In this document: positions 14,307-24,173 of the stretch, one piece after another
How positions within the stretch are numbered: the stretch's first letter is position 1
Layout of the letters: each line of letters starts with the position of its first letter
Origin: a virus
Lineage: Duplodnaviria > Caudoviricetes
IMG/VR virus record: IMGVR_UViG_3300027804_000132
Location: 1-35,370 of that record
Strand: one strand, 5' to 3'
DNA length: 35,370 nucleotides
Notes under the pieces: model-generated
The model's input: the letters and a program-made list of their open reading frames with translations, nothing else
What the model was told of the DNA's origin: nothing
Databases searched by the model: none
Position numbers and translations under genes: made by a program

Positions 14307-15889
14307 AAGAGAGTAAATTTTTGTATCACATGGCTTGCGACGAGTGCGGCTCAAGCGATGGTAATGCGATGCACAGCGATGGACACACTTACTGTCATGT
14401 ATGTCACACATACAAGGCTAGGAATGGTGAAATTACGAAAGACTATAAAAAACCAATGAATAAGGAACTAAACTTTTATGACTCTGCTAATTCTCTTAGT
14501 ATCGTTGACCGTGGTATTACTTCGGCTACTTGCATAGCATTTGGTGTTAAGCAAGATAATGGTAAACACTACTATCCTTACTATGATGCCGACGGCAAGA
14601 TGGTCGCTATCAAAACTAGGATTGTGGAAAACAAATCCTTTAGCGTTGCTGGTGATTTTAAGGAAGCCACACTATTTGGACAGAATCTATTCCCAAAATC
14701 TGGGCGCTATCTGACTATTTGTGAGGGCGAATTAGACGCTCTAGCAGCTTACCAGATGCAAGGTAGCAAGTACCCTTGTGTGAGTATCCGCAGTGGCGCT
14801 AGTGGCGCTCTAAAGGACTGCAAAGCACAATATGAATGGATTGATTCGTTTGAGAACATTGTCTTAGCGTTTGATGCCGATGAACCCGGACAGAAAGCAG
14901 CACAGGCAGTCGCTGAGTTATTCGGCGGCAAAGTTAAAATAATGAAGCACAAGACAGGATACAAAGATGCGTGTGATTATCTTGAGAATAACGCTAGTAA
15001 AGAATTTGTTGATACTTGGTGGGGTGCTGAGTCTTATATCCCTGATGGGATTGTGCAAGGTAACAGTCTCTGGGACATGGTATCAGCTCCTATTGAAAAG
15101 GCTGATTGTGACTATCCGTACGAGGCACTTAATAAGCTCACATACGGCATCCGCAAGGGTGAACTCGTTATGGTCACAGCAGGAAGTGGACTTGGCAAAT
15201 CACAATTTCTTAGAGAGATTGTATGGCACATACTTAACAAGACAACCGACAACATTGGACTTATGTTTCTTGAAGAGGGAGTCCGCAAGACTGCTAGGTC
15301 GCTTATGTCTTTGGCGGTAAATAAACCAATTCACTTACCTGATGTTGAAGTTACTTCTGAGGAGTTAAAAGATGCATTTGATAGAACTTTGGGAACTGAC
15401 CGCTTGTATTTGTTTGACCATTTTGGTAGCACTTCTTTGGAAAACATTGTCAACAGAGTGCGCTACATGGCTAAGGGTCTTGGCTGTGGTTATGTCTTTC
15501 TTGACCATATTAGTATTATTGTCAGTGGCGGTGATGTTGGTGATGAACGGAAAGCTCTAGATGCTATCATGACTAAACTACGCATGATTGTGCAAGAGAC
15601 TGGTATTAGTTTAGTTTGTGTCTCACATCTCAAGCGTAACGAAGGTCGTGGACACGAAGAAGGTGCTGTGACTTCATTGGCGCAGTTGCGTGGTTCAGGC
15701 GCTATTGCACAACTATCAGACATTGTGATAGGGCTAGAGCGCAATGGACAGGCTGAAGACCCGATTGAGCGTAATACCACATCGGTACGAGTGTTAAAGA
15801 ATCGATTTAGTGGCTACACTGGTAATTGTGGTGCTTTGCTGTATAATGGACAAACCGGAAGAATGTTAGAGATAAAGGACACACTATGA
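14303..15889 (+). CDS. Primase-helicase (T7 gp4-like)
   Basis: Likely TTG start at 14303 after GGAGG; Zn domain CDECGSSD...CHVC; TOPRIM CEGELDA and FDADEPG; SF4 helicase AGSGLGKS, LDHISI, LRGSGAIAQLSD, KNRFSG. Confidence 0.95.
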   Translation: MKESKFLYHMACDECGSSDGNAMHSDGHTYCHVCHTYKARNGEITKDYKKPMNKELNFYDSANSLSIVDRGITSATCIAFGVKQDNGKHYYPYYDADGKMVAIKTRIVENKSFSVAGDFKEATLFGQNLFPKSGRYLTICEGELDALAAYQMQGSKYPCVSIRSGASGALKDCKAQYEWIDSFENIVLAFDADEPGQKAAQAVAELFGGKVKIMKHKTGYKDACDYLENNASKEFVDTWWGAESYIPDGIVQGNSLWDMVSAPIEKADCDYPYEALNKLTYGIRKGELVMVTAGSGLGKSQFLREIVWHILNKTTDNIGLMFLEEGVRKTARSLMSLAVNKPIHLPDVEVTSEELKDAFDRTLGTDRLYLFDHFGSTSLENIVNRVRYMAKGLGCGYVFLDHISIIVSGGDVGDERKALDAIMTKLRMIVQETGISLVCVSHLKRNEGRGHEEGAVTSLAQLRGSGAIAQLSDIVIGLERNGQAEDPIERNTTSVRVLKNRFSGYTGNCGALLYNGQTGRMLEIKDTL

Positions 15890-16215
15890 AAGACGACATA
15901 ATTGACAAAGCCAAGCGCTATGCACAAACCGATGAATATCATGTCACTCGTAAAATCATCACTGATTTATGCACCGAGATTGATAGACTAAAAGAACTCA
16001 ATCGTAATGTATTTAGCAAGATTCAAGACAACCAAGAAGTGTACAGGAATTCTGAACGCTATCTCTGGCTACGCAGTGCATCGTGGGATGTTGACCCTGA
16101 GATTGCGGCACCATCTGTGATTCTGTGCAACGGCGACATGACTAAATGGCAGTGGATGTTAGGTCAAGAGATTGATGATGCAATTGATTCGTATTTGAAA
16201 AAGGAGCAAAAATGA
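15886..16215 (+). CDS. Hypothetical protein
   Basis: AAGGA RBS, ATGA overlap; SERYLWLR...IDDAID motif. Confidence 0.7.
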   Translation: MKDDIIDKAKRYAQTDEYHVTRKIITDLCTEIDRLKELNRNVFSKIQDNQEVYRNSERYLWLRSASWDVDPEIAAPSVILCNGDMTKWQWMLGQEIDDAIDSYLKKEQK

Positions 16216-16478
16216 CTACAAAAACAGTTAAGATAGACAGTTTTATCTGGGTTGCTGAGAATGGCAGTATGGAATATGGATTCTACATTGGTGATGGCGA
16301 TGACCCTGTTACATTTAAAAGCACATTAAAAGAAGTTGTGCGTCAGACTTTAGAAATGTATTTCGTTGGCGGTTCTATCCATCATGACCACCGTGACGAT
16401 GTAAAACAATTAATTAAGAGTTTAAAAGCAGCTACAGCACTAGCTGAACACGAACTAGAGAGAATGGGCGATGAGTAA
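16212..16478 (+). CDS. Hypothetical protein
   Basis: AAGGAG RBS, ATGA overlap. Confidence 0.7.
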   Translation: MTTKTVKIDSFIWVAENGSMEYGFYIGDGDDPVTFKSTLKEVVRQTLEMYFVGGSIHHDHRDDVKQLIKSLKAATALAEHELERMGDE

Positions 16479-16686
16479 ACTACTAAGAATTGGCAACAGG
16501 CTTATCAATCCTGAGAATGTTACTTACATCATTGACAGAGAGATTCACTTTAATGATGGTAGTCGCTGGGTTGCAACAGAGCCAGAGATTCAAGAATTGC
16601 TGGCAATCATGTTTGAGACACCTAGACCAGAACCAGTTGTTGAAGAACCGATTGTTGCTAAAAAGAAAGTAGTTAAAAAGAAATGA
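16471..16686 (+). CDS. Hypothetical protein with Lys-rich tail
   Basis: LRIGNRLINPENVTYI beta motif; operon packing. Confidence 0.7.
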   Translation: MSKLLRIGNRLINPENVTYIIDREIHFNDGSRWVATEPEIQELLAIMFETPRPEPVVEEPIVAKKKVVKKK

Positions 16687-16832
16687 CTCTTGAACACTAC
16701 ATTGTCGGAGCTACTGGCATTGGCTATTTAGTTGTCGGTGTGTTACAATTAAGCAAAGGCAGTGTGTCTAATGCATTGATTTGGATAGGTTATGCTGCAG
16801 CGCAAATAGGACTCTGGATTAATCTTAAATGA
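16683..16832 (+). CDS. Small two-TM membrane protein (49 aa)
   Basis: Not in track; ATGA overlaps at both ends; MTLEHYIVGATGIGYLVVGVLQL...LIWIGYAAAQIGLWINLK. Confidence 0.65.
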   Translation: MTLEHYIVGATGIGYLVVGVLQLSKGSVSNALIWIGYAAAQIGLWINLK

Positions 16833-17203
16833 AACTGAACAACGATAATCGATTTGATATTGATTTGGAATATGGACAAATCTTTGAACAAAAGATTGCT
16901 GATATATTTCAGAACAGTAAGATTGAAGTTAAGACTGAGCGAGATAAATGGAATTCAACGGGTAATATTGTAATTGAATTTGAGAGTCGTGGACATCCTA
17001 GTGGTATCGCTATTACTGAGGCTGACTTTTGGTTTCATAATCTAGCATTAAAGGGTGAACTAATAATGACACTCGTGTTTCCGGTGTCTGTCTTAAAACG
17101 ATATATTGCAGATAATAAACCTAGAGTTGTGCGTGGTGGGGATGATAATACTTCTAAACTATACTTGATTAATCTTGCAGATTTGGTTACAATAATCGAA
17201 TGA
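16829..17203 (+). CDS. PD-(D/E)xK-like nuclease-fold protein
   Basis: IEVKTERD...TGNIVIEFES...PSGI..TEADFW. Confidence 0.6.
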   Translation: MKLNNDNRFDIDLEYGQIFEQKIADIFQNSKIEVKTERDKWNSTGNIVIEFESRGHPSGIAITEADFWFHNLALKGELIMTLVFPVSVLKRYIADNKPRVVRGGDDNTSKLYLINLADLVTIIE

Positions 17204-18849
17204 GAATCGTTCTTGATATTGAAACCAATTTATTTCCCGACAAGGTTTGGTGTGTCGTTGCTCGTGACATTGATACAAACCAAGTGCATATTTGGCAGAA
17301 CTTTGTTGGGCTGCAGAATTTCTTAGACAGAGCAGAGCAGATTATTGCTCACAATGGAATTTTCTTTGATGTGCCTGTTCTAAAGAACTTATGGAAAATA
17401 ACGATTGCGGAAGAAAAGATTGTTGACACATTAGTTATGTCTCGCCTATATAATCCGCAATTAGACGGCGGTCACAGTCTGTCTGAGTGGGGTAAGCGTA
17501 TAGGATTCTTTAAGAGTAGTTTTGAATCTTTTAATGGCGGTCTTACTCAAGAAATGCTTGACTATTGTATTCAAGACACATTAGTAACACAGAAGCTGTA
17601 TGAACATTTAACCAAGGAGATGTCAAATGATTATTCAAAAGAAAGTATCAAACTCGAACACGAAGTTGCGTTCATCATCGCAGAGCAAGAGCGAAGTGGA
17701 TTCAGATTCGATGAAGCTAAAGCTCTACAATTACTATCTGTTCTTAAAACTAAGTTGGACGCTATTTGCGTTGAAATGCAGAGCATCTTTCCTGCCAAAG
17801 TCACATCTGGTCGCACCCACAAAACAACAGGTAGACCCCTTCCCGACATCGTGGAAGACTTCAATCCCGGAAGTCGCCAGCAAATCGCAGAAAGGCTCAT
17901 TGAAAAAGGCTGGAAGCCGAAAAAGCGTACCCAGAAAGGTAACATCATCGTTGACGAAACCACGCTCGAAGGCATCGACATCCCAGAAGCGAAAGCCATC
18001 GCTGAGTACTTGATGTTACAAAAGCGGATAGCACAAGTTGAAAGCTGGATTGATGCTATTCAAACTGATGGTCGTGTGCATGGACAGGTCATTACTAACG
18101 GCGCAGTCACAGGTCGTATGACACACCACAGCCCTAACATGGCGCAGGTTCCCAATAGTGGTAGTCCCTATGGTCCTGATTGCAGAGAACTTTGGACAGT
18201 TAAGAAAGGATATAAATTAGTTGGCATTGATGCAAGCGGTTTAGAATTGCGGATGTTGGCTCATTATATGAAAGACGATGCGTATACTACTGAAGTTGTA
18301 TCAGGCGACATTCACACAGCAAACCAGAAAGCAGCAGGGCTTGAGACAAGGAACCAAGCTAAGACTTTTATCTATGCATTCCTCTATGGTGCGGGAGCTG
18401 CCAAGATTGGGTCAATTGTTGGAGGTTCATCGAAAGAAGGACAAGCACTCATTGCTAGTTTTCTACGCAACACGCCGAGGCTTAAACAATTGCGGGAAAA
18501 GGTTTCTCGTATCTATGCTCAGAAAGCGTGGCTACCGGGTCTTGACGGACGCAAGTTACTCGTTCGCTCGGAGCATTCAGCGCTCAACACGCTATTGCAA
18601 GGCGCAGGTGCGATAGCAATGAAGCAGGCACTGGTGATATTCAATAAGCGTTTGCGCCAGTCACAGATTGATTATAAGTTCGTAGCCAATGTTCATGATG
18701 AATGGCAGGTTGAAGTAGAAGAGAAGCGTGCAGACGAAGTCGGCAAACTTGGTGTACAATCTATCTCTGATGCTGGCATAATGTTAAATATGCGCTGTCC
18801 ATTAAGTGGCGAATATCGTGTAGGTAATAACTGGAAAGAGACCCATTAA
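17200..18849 (+). CDS. polA: DNA polymerase family A (T7 gp5-like)
   Basis: Exonuclease motifs LDIET, HNGIFFD, YCIQD; motif A DASGLELR, motif B RNQAKTFIYAFLYG, motif C VHDEWQ. Confidence 0.96.
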   Translation: MRIVLDIETNLFPDKVWCVVARDIDTNQVHIWQNFVGLQNFLDRAEQIIAHNGIFFDVPVLKNLWKITIAEEKIVDTLVMSRLYNPQLDGGHSLSEWGKRIGFFKSSFESFNGGLTQEMLDYCIQDTLVTQKLYEHLTKEMSNDYSKESIKLEHEVAFIIAEQERSGFRFDEAKALQLLSVLKTKLDAICVEMQSIFPAKVTSGRTHKTTGRPLPDIVEDFNPGSRQQIAERLIEKGWKPKKRTQKGNIIVDETTLEGIDIPEAKAIAEYLMLQKRIAQVESWIDAIQTDGRVHGQVITNGAVTGRMTHHSPNMAQVPNSGSPYGPDCRELWTVKKGYKLVGIDASGLELRMLAHYMKDDAYTTEVVSGDIHTANQKAAGLETRNQAKTFIYAFLYGAGAAKIGSIVGGSSKEGQALIASFLRNTPRLKQLREKVSRIYAQKAWLPGLDGRKLLVRSEHSALNTLLQGAGAIAMKQALVIFNKRLRQSQIDYKFVANVHDEWQVEVEEKRADEVGKLGVQSISDAGIMLNMRCPLSGEYRVGNNWKETH

Positions 18850-19034
18850 TGGATAAAAATAAAGAAGATATATTAGGAATGACTGTTGTTACTGCTTATA
18901 AGAATGGTACTTACAGTTTAGAATCCTCTTTTGACCTTGAAGAAACCTACGAGTTATTAAAGGATGCGTTACTTGATATTGAAGACGGCACACTGGAAGC
19001 CAGTATTGATTACAGCACCCAAACACTGCAGTAA
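18849..19034 (+). CDS. Small acidic hypothetical protein
   Basis: TAATG coupling to the polymerase gene. Confidence 0.6.
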   Translation: MDKNKEDILGMTVVTAYKNGTYSLESSFDLEETYELLKDALLDIEDGTLEASIDYSTQTLQ

Positions 19035-19037
19035 CTA

Positions 19038-19079
19038 TTTCATATAGTGGAATCATTTAGTTGTAAGTTGTTGTATAAT
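19038..19079 (+). promoter_or_regulatory. Putative promoter of ssb with an upstream operator-like box
   Basis: TATAAT at 19074-19079; no consensus -35; TTTCATATAGTGGAA quasi-palindrome at 19038-19052. Confidence 0.5.
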
Positions 19080-19122
19080 AACCAAGCAGTATTTCTAAAC
19101 CGTAGTAGATAAGGAGAGTAAT

Positions 19123-19539
19123 ATGGAAATGAAACCAGTAAAAATTCAAGCAGAAGTTCAATGGGCTTTCTTTGACCGTGTTAACGAAATGAGTGGTAAG
19201 TTCCAATGCGACTTAGCCAATCTTTCAGACAACGCTGTTAAGGCGCTAGAGGCTATCGGGCTTGCACCACGCAAGCGTGAGGACAAACCTGAGAAGGGTT
19301 GGTTCTTAACTGTGAAGTCAAACTATGCTATCCAGCCTTATGATAAAGCTGGTAATGAAATCAAGGACACTGTTGGTAACGGTTCTAAAGCAGTTGCACT
19401 CATCAAGCCTTACGAGTGGAAGTGGAAAAACAAGAATGGTGTCTCTGCTTCATTGGCAAAGATTGTCATCACTGATTTAGTCAAGTACAGCGCCGATGGC
19501 GTTACTGCTGACGACGACATGGATGACGACATTCTGTGA
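19123..19539 (+). CDS. ssb: Single-stranded DNA-binding protein (gp2.5-like)
   Basis: VGNGSKA motif, acidic tail DDDMDDDIL, strong AAGGAG RBS, position between pol and exonuclease. Confidence 0.8.
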   Translation: MEMKPVKIQAEVQWAFFDRVNEMSGKFQCDLANLSDNAVKALEAIGLAPRKREDKPEKGWFLTVKSNYAIQPYDKAGNEIKDTVGNGSKAVALIKPYEWKWKNKNGVSASLAKIVITDLVKYSADGVTADDDMDDDIL

Positions 19540-20216
19540 TAACAGCACTGATTGACGCTGATTCGTTAATCTATGCAGTAGGCTTCTCTAGCAACGATGT
19601 AGAGGAGTCTATTGCAGTTTCACGACTTGAGCAGACAATGGTTGAGTTGTGTATGGATTTAGATTGTGAAGACTATAAAGGATTCCTGACCGGTAAAGGT
19701 AACTTTCGAGATGACTTAGCTGTTACTGCGCCCTATAAAGGACAACGCACTTCTGAGAAACCTGTGCATTTTCAAGCACTTAGGTGTCACTTAGTAACAT
19801 CGTGGGGCTTTACAGTCGTCAAAGGAATCGAAGCGGATGATGCTGTGGGTATCGCTGCTTATGCGGTTCCAGAAAACGAAACAATCATGGTTCATATCGA
19901 TAAAGACCTGAACCAGTTTAGAGGTTGGCATTACAACTATCGTAAAAAAGAAAAGTATTATGTCTCAGAATTTGAAGGCTTAGTGTCTTTTTATACACAG
20001 ATATTAACTGGCGACAGGATTGATAATATCGTTGGATTAAAAGGCATTGGTCCTGTTAAAGCAAAGAAGATACTAGCAGATTGTACCAATGAAAAAGAAC
20101 TCTACAGCGCTGTCTTAAAAGCGTATGACGGCGATGAAAAGCGTGTCTTAGAAAATGGACAATTATTGTGGTTACAACGAAAGGAAAATGAACTGTGGCA
20201 GTTACCCCAGATATAA
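19536..20216 (+). CDS. 5'-3' exonuclease (T7 gp6-like)
   Basis: LIDAD, NFR...YKGQR, EADD, DKDL, GDRIDNIVGLKGIGP. Confidence 0.9.
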   Translation: MITALIDADSLIYAVGFSSNDVEESIAVSRLEQTMVELCMDLDCEDYKGFLTGKGNFRDDLAVTAPYKGQRTSEKPVHFQALRCHLVTSWGFTVVKGIEADDAVGIAAYAVPENETIMVHIDKDLNQFRGWHYNYRKKEKYYVSEFEGLVSFYTQILTGDRIDNIVGLKGIGPVKAKKILADCTNEKELYSAVLKAYDGDEKRVLENGQLLWLQRKENELWQLPQI

Positions 20217-20545
20217 TTCAAATCTCATGGATTGATGCTGTTGCTGACTCCGGATGGGAAGAGAAAGTTAAAGCAGAGATTCACCAGTGCATTACTGTTG
20301 GCTTTCTAGTTCACGAAACGGATGAAGCCATCTGTATTGCGTCTACATGGTCGGACACCGAAACCAACGCTCGGATGCATATTCCCAAAGCATGGATTAA
20401 AGATAGAAAGGTATTAAATGAAGCCACAGTCAGCGAAAGCAAAGGGACGAAACCTACAAAAGTGGGTAGTAAAAGAGTTACTAAAAAGGTATCCGCAACT
20501 AAGCGAACTAGATTTACGCAGTTGTCCGATGGGGAGTCACGGTGA
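20195..20545 (+). CDS. Hypothetical phage protein
   Basis: W.DA..DSGW...TVGFLV...IPKAWI pattern; about the last 42 codons overlap the resolvase gene. Confidence 0.65.
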   Translation: MAVTPDIIQISWIDAVADSGWEEKVKAEIHQCITVGFLVHETDEAICIASTWSDTETNARMHIPKAWIKDRKVLNEATVSESKGTKPTKVGSKRVTKKVSATKRTRFTQLSDGESR

Positions 20546-20750
20546 AGACATTGTCATGTCTCAGTTTGCTAAAGATGAAATTCCAGCATCAATTGAATGT
20601 AAGTCGCTAGCAAAGGTGGCAGTGTACAAGTATTACGAACAAGCAAAATCACACGGCGATTATGAACCGATTGTGATTGTTAAGCAGAATGGCAGTAAAC
20701 CTTTAGCAGTAATTGATGCAGAAGTCTTATTTAACATGATGGCAAAATAG
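20418..20750 (+). CDS. Holliday junction resolvase, PD-(D/E)xK type
   Basis: SAKAKGRNLQ...GEDI...SIECKS...YEQA. Confidence 0.75.
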   Translation: MKPQSAKAKGRNLQKWVVKELLKRYPQLSELDLRSCPMGSHGEDIVMSQFAKDEIPASIECKSLAKVAVYKYYEQAKSHGDYEPIVIVKQNGSKPLAVIDAEVLFNMMAK

Positions 20751-20762
20751 AAAGGAAGTGCA

Positions 20763-21080
20763 ATGAGTGATTTAACTAATACTTATCGATTTAGTTATGA
20801 GTCTGAGTACGACGATAACAACACACAATACGGTTATCCAAAACAGAAATCTACGGAGATGACGATATCTCACTCGTCAGATACAGAATGGACTGCAATA
20901 ATGCTTGACTTTGCAGACTTTTTAAGTGGTGTTTATGGATACGATGTAAAAGAGAAATTGCGATTTGTTAATAATCATGGATACTTTTCAACACGAGCAG
21001 CAGATTATAGTCTTGAAATTCCTGATGCTCAACAGGAACTAGACCTTGAGAAGTATGATGAAGACAAGGAATGGTCTTGA
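20763..21080 (+). CDS. Acidic hypothetical protein
   Basis: AAGGA RBS; FADFLSGVYGY motif. Confidence 0.7.
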   Translation: MSDLTNTYRFSYESEYDDNNTQYGYPKQKSTEMTISHSSDTEWTAIMLDFADFLSGVYGYDVKEKLRFVNNHGYFSTRAADYSLEIPDAQQELDLEKYDEDKEWS

Positions 21081-21814
21081 AAATACTACTACTAGATATT
21101 GAGTCAAGTCCTAACACAGCTCATGTGTGGGGTCTTTGGCAACAGAATGTCAGTATCAATCAGTTGATGGAGTCTTCTTATGTCCTATGCTACGCAGCAA
21201 AATGGCTAGGACAGAAAGATGTACTGTTTGATTCTGTACATCAATCAAGACCAAAGACAATGCTGAAAGGAATTCATGCCCTTCTTAACGATGCAGATGC
21301 TGTGGTTCACTATAATGGTACTAAGTTTGATATTCCTACACTTAACAAGGAATTCTTATTACATAGTTTTAATCCACCATCGCCTTATAAACAAATTGAC
21401 CTACTGCGTGTTGTTCGTAGCAACTTTAGGTTTCCTAGTAACAAGCTGGATTATGTAGCACAACGCTTAGGATTAGGAAAGAAACACGAACACGAAGGAC
21501 ACGAACTTTGGGTTAAGTGCATGAACGGAGATAAAGATGCTTGGAAGCGTATGGAAAAGTATAATATACAAGATGTCGTTTTACTTGAGTCGTTGTACGG
21601 CACTCTTCTTCCTTGGATTAAGTCTCATCCTAATCACAATCTCTTCTTGGATGGACACCATTGCCCGAATTGTGCTTCGACGAATCTGCAAAAAAGAGGC
21701 AGTGCTATATCTACTACAGGAGCGTATCAACGCTATCAGTGTCGAGATTGCGGAACTTGGTCGCAAGGAACAAAGTCTATTAAAAAATCAGCGGAGGTGA
21801 AATATTATGGATGA
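21071..21814 (+). CDS. RNase H-like (DEDD) 3'-5' exonuclease with C-terminal zinc ribbon
   Basis: LLDIES, HYNGTKFDIP, YNIQDV; CPNC...CRDC. Confidence 0.8.
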   Translation: MVLKILLLDIESSPNTAHVWGLWQQNVSINQLMESSYVLCYAAKWLGQKDVLFDSVHQSRPKTMLKGIHALLNDADAVVHYNGTKFDIPTLNKEFLLHSFNPPSPYKQIDLLRVVRSNFRFPSNKLDYVAQRLGLGKKHEHEGHELWVKCMNGDKDAWKRMEKYNIQDVVLLESLYGTLLPWIKSHPNHNLFLDGHHCPNCASTNLQKRGSAISTTGAYQRYQCRDCGTWSQGTKSIKKSAEVKYYG

Positions 21815-22133
21815 TAGTCCAGTCGCAATGCCAACACCGTTTGGCTACATTCAACCACAGACATTAGCGCAAGTCATTGAAAAATATCAAAAAGGCATGG
21901 AAGACCCCGGTGATGTCCTTGCTAGACAGGTTGGCGGTAGCCACTACAAGAAAGCTCACCAGCCTTGGGAAATCATTGAAGAATGGGGTCTTGACTACTG
22001 GGCTGGAAATGTGGTAAAATACATCCTTCGCTATAAATTTAAGAATGGAGTTGAAGACCTAGAGAAAGCCAAACACTACTTAGAGTACCTTATTAAGAAA
22101 GAGACAGATGCCATTACTGCTTCACGAAATTAA
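21807..22133 (+). CDS. DUF3310 / T7 gp1.7-like nucleotide kinase-family protein
   Basis: QVGGSHY...GNVVKYILRY..KNGVEDLEKAKHYL. Confidence 0.8.
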   Translation: MDDSPVAMPTPFGYIQPQTLAQVIEKYQKGMEDPGDVLARQVGGSHYKKAHQPWEIIEEWGLDYWAGNVVKYILRYKFKNGVEDLEKAKHYLEYLIKKETDAITASRN

Positions 22134-22263
22134 AGAGCGTCTTAAAGAGTTGGATGAAATCACATTGCTAGAATTGCTGGATATTAGCAGTGAAGAAATC
22201 GTCCAAATGTTTTCTGATAAGATTGAAGAATATGCCGATAAACTAGAACAGGAAGTTAAATAA
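22108..22263 (+). CDS. Small acidic hypothetical protein (51 aa)
   Basis: Not in track; MPLLLHEIKERLKELDEITLLELLDISSEEIV...; fills the gap before nrdJ. Confidence 0.65.
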   Translation: MPLLLHEIKERLKELDEITLLELLDISSEEIVQMFSDKIEEYADKLEQEVK

Positions 22264-22265
22264 GA

Positions 22266-24173
22266 ATGACACAATACACAATGAGTCCCTACAATACCTT
22301 CATCGCTAAATCACGATACAGCCGCTATCTTGACGATAAAGGTCGCAGAGAACACTGGAGTGAAACTGTAGCAAGATACTTTGATTTTATGACAGAGCAT
22401 CTCAAAACCAAACAAAACTACACATTACCACCTGAGTTAAGAAAAGAATTAGAAACTGCTGTTGTTAATCTTGAAGTGGTTCCATCGATGAGAGCCGTGA
22501 TGACAGCAGGACCAGCACTGGAGCGTCAGAATGTTGCCGCTTTTAACTGTTCATATTTACCAATTGATGACCCCAAAGCCTTTGACGAAGCGATGTACAT
22601 TCTTCTCTGTGGCACTGGTGTCGGTTTCTCTGTGGAGCAACAATATGTTTCTAAACTACCTGAAGTCCCTGAGCAGTTGTTTGCTAGTCAAACTACTATT
22701 GTGGTGTCGGATTCTAAAGAAGGATGGGCTAAATCACTTAGACAGCTCATTGCTTTATTATATTCTGGTGAAGTTCCAAGGTATGACTTATCCAAAGTTA
22801 GACCTGCCGGAGCTAGACTCAAAGTATTCGGAGGTCGTGCTTCTGGACCCGGACCTTTGGAGGAACTTTTTAAGTTCACTATTGCCAAGTTTAGAGGGGC
22901 GGTTGGTCGTCGTTTGTCGTCCATTGAGTGTCACGATATTCTGTGCAAAATCGGGGAAGTTGTTGTTGTGGGTGGAGTCAGACGCAGTGCAATGATTTCC
23001 TTGTCTGATTTGTCCGACGACAAGATGGCACACGCTAAAGCAGGTAACTGGTGGGATGGTCAAGGGCAACGAGCCTTAGCCAATAACTCTGCCACCTATG
23101 CCGAAACACCTAGTATCGGTCAGTTTATGCGTGAATGGACAAGTATTTATGAATCACACTCTGGTGAGCGAGGAATATTTAATCGTGAAGCATCTCAGAA
23201 ACAGGCAGCAAAGAATGGTCGCAGAGACGAAACCTATGCTTTTGGCACTAATCCCTGTAGCGAAATCATTCTTCGTCCTTATCAGTTTTGTAATCTTTCC
23301 AGTTGTATTGTGCGTAGCTACGATACTGTATCTACCTTGGAGAATAAGATTCGCTTGGCAACGATTCTTGGCACATTCCAAGCATCGCTAACAGAGTTTC
23401 CTTATCTGCGTAAGATTTGGGAAAAGAACACCAAGGAAGAGGCGTTATTGGGTGTCTCTATGACGGGCATCTGCGATAATCCACTATTGAACAATCCTGA
23501 TGACGAAGACTTACCTGTACGATTGGAGAGACTACGAGATGTTGCCATTACTACTAATATTGAATTTGCTGCAGCTATTGGTATTAATCAGTCTGTGGCG
23601 GTTACTGCTATCAAACCAGAAGGAACCGTTTCTCAGCTTTGCAGTACTGCTTCTGGGATTCATCCTCAGCATAGCAAGTATTACATACGGCGTGTTCGGG
23701 CTGATAACAAAGACCCATTAACACAGTTTATGCTCTCCTCTGGCTTTGTCGGTGAGCCTTGCTATTTGAAACCAGACTCTACTACTGTCTTTAGCTTTCC
23801 AGTTAAGGTAGATGATGGTGGACTATTGCGTGAAGATTTGACTGCTATCCAACACTTACGATTGTGGTTGCTATTCCAACGGCATTACTGTGAGCATAAA
23901 CCATCTGTCACCATCTCAGTGCGTGAAGATGAGTGGATGGATGTTGGAGCGTGGGTGTATCGCCACTTCGATGAAGTAACTGGAGTGTCTTTCCTACCGA
24001 TGGATGGTGGCACTTACAAACAGGCACCTTATTCCGAATGCACTAAAGAAGAGTACGAGCAGTTAAAACTTCTTGTGCCGGAGTCTGTTGATTGGGACAA
24101 CTTTATTGAGTATGATGACAATGTTAAAGGCGCACAACAATTAGCTTGCAGCGCAGGAAATTGTGAGATTTAA
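22266..24173 (+). CDS. nrdJ: Class II (adenosylcobalamin-dependent) ribonucleotide reductase
   Basis: FNCSY, VRRSAMI, GTNPCSE, IKPEGTVS, C-terminal CSAGNCEI; no small-subunit gene nearby. Confidence 0.9.
   Translation: MTQYTMSPYNTFIAKSRYSRYLDDKGRREHWSETVARYFDFMTEHLKTKQNYTLPPELRKELETAVVNLEVVPSMRAVMTAGPALERQNVAAFNCSYLPIDDPKAFDEAMYILLCGTGVGFSVEQQYVSKLPEVPEQLFASQTTIVVSDSKEGWAKSLRQLIALLYSGEVPRYDLSKVRPAGARLKVFGGRASGPGPLEELFKFTIAKFRGAVGRRLSSIECHDILCKIGEVVVVGGVRRSAMISLSDLSDDKMAHAKAGNWWDGQGQRALANNSATYAETPSIGQFMREWTSIYESHSGERGIFNREASQKQAAKNGRRDETYAFGTNPCSEIILRPYQFCNLSSCIVRSYDTVSTLENKIRLATILGTFQASLTEFPYLRKIWEKNTKEEALLGVSMTGICDNPLLNNPDDEDLPVRLERLRDVAITTNIEFAAAIGINQSVAVTAIKPEGTVSQLCSTASGIHPQHSKYYIRRVRADNKDPLTQFMLSSGFVGEPCYLKPDSTTVFSFPVKVDDGGLLREDLTAIQHLRLWLLFQRHYCEHKPSVTISVREDEWMDVGAWVYRHFDEVTGVSFLPMDGGTYKQAPYSECTKEEYEQLKLLVPESVDWDNFIEYDDNVKGAQQLACSAGNCEI

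Noticed and set aside
14456-14458. Internal ATG after the Zn domain as a gp4B-like helicase start
   Set aside because: Position fits but no Shine-Dalgarno sequence is visible
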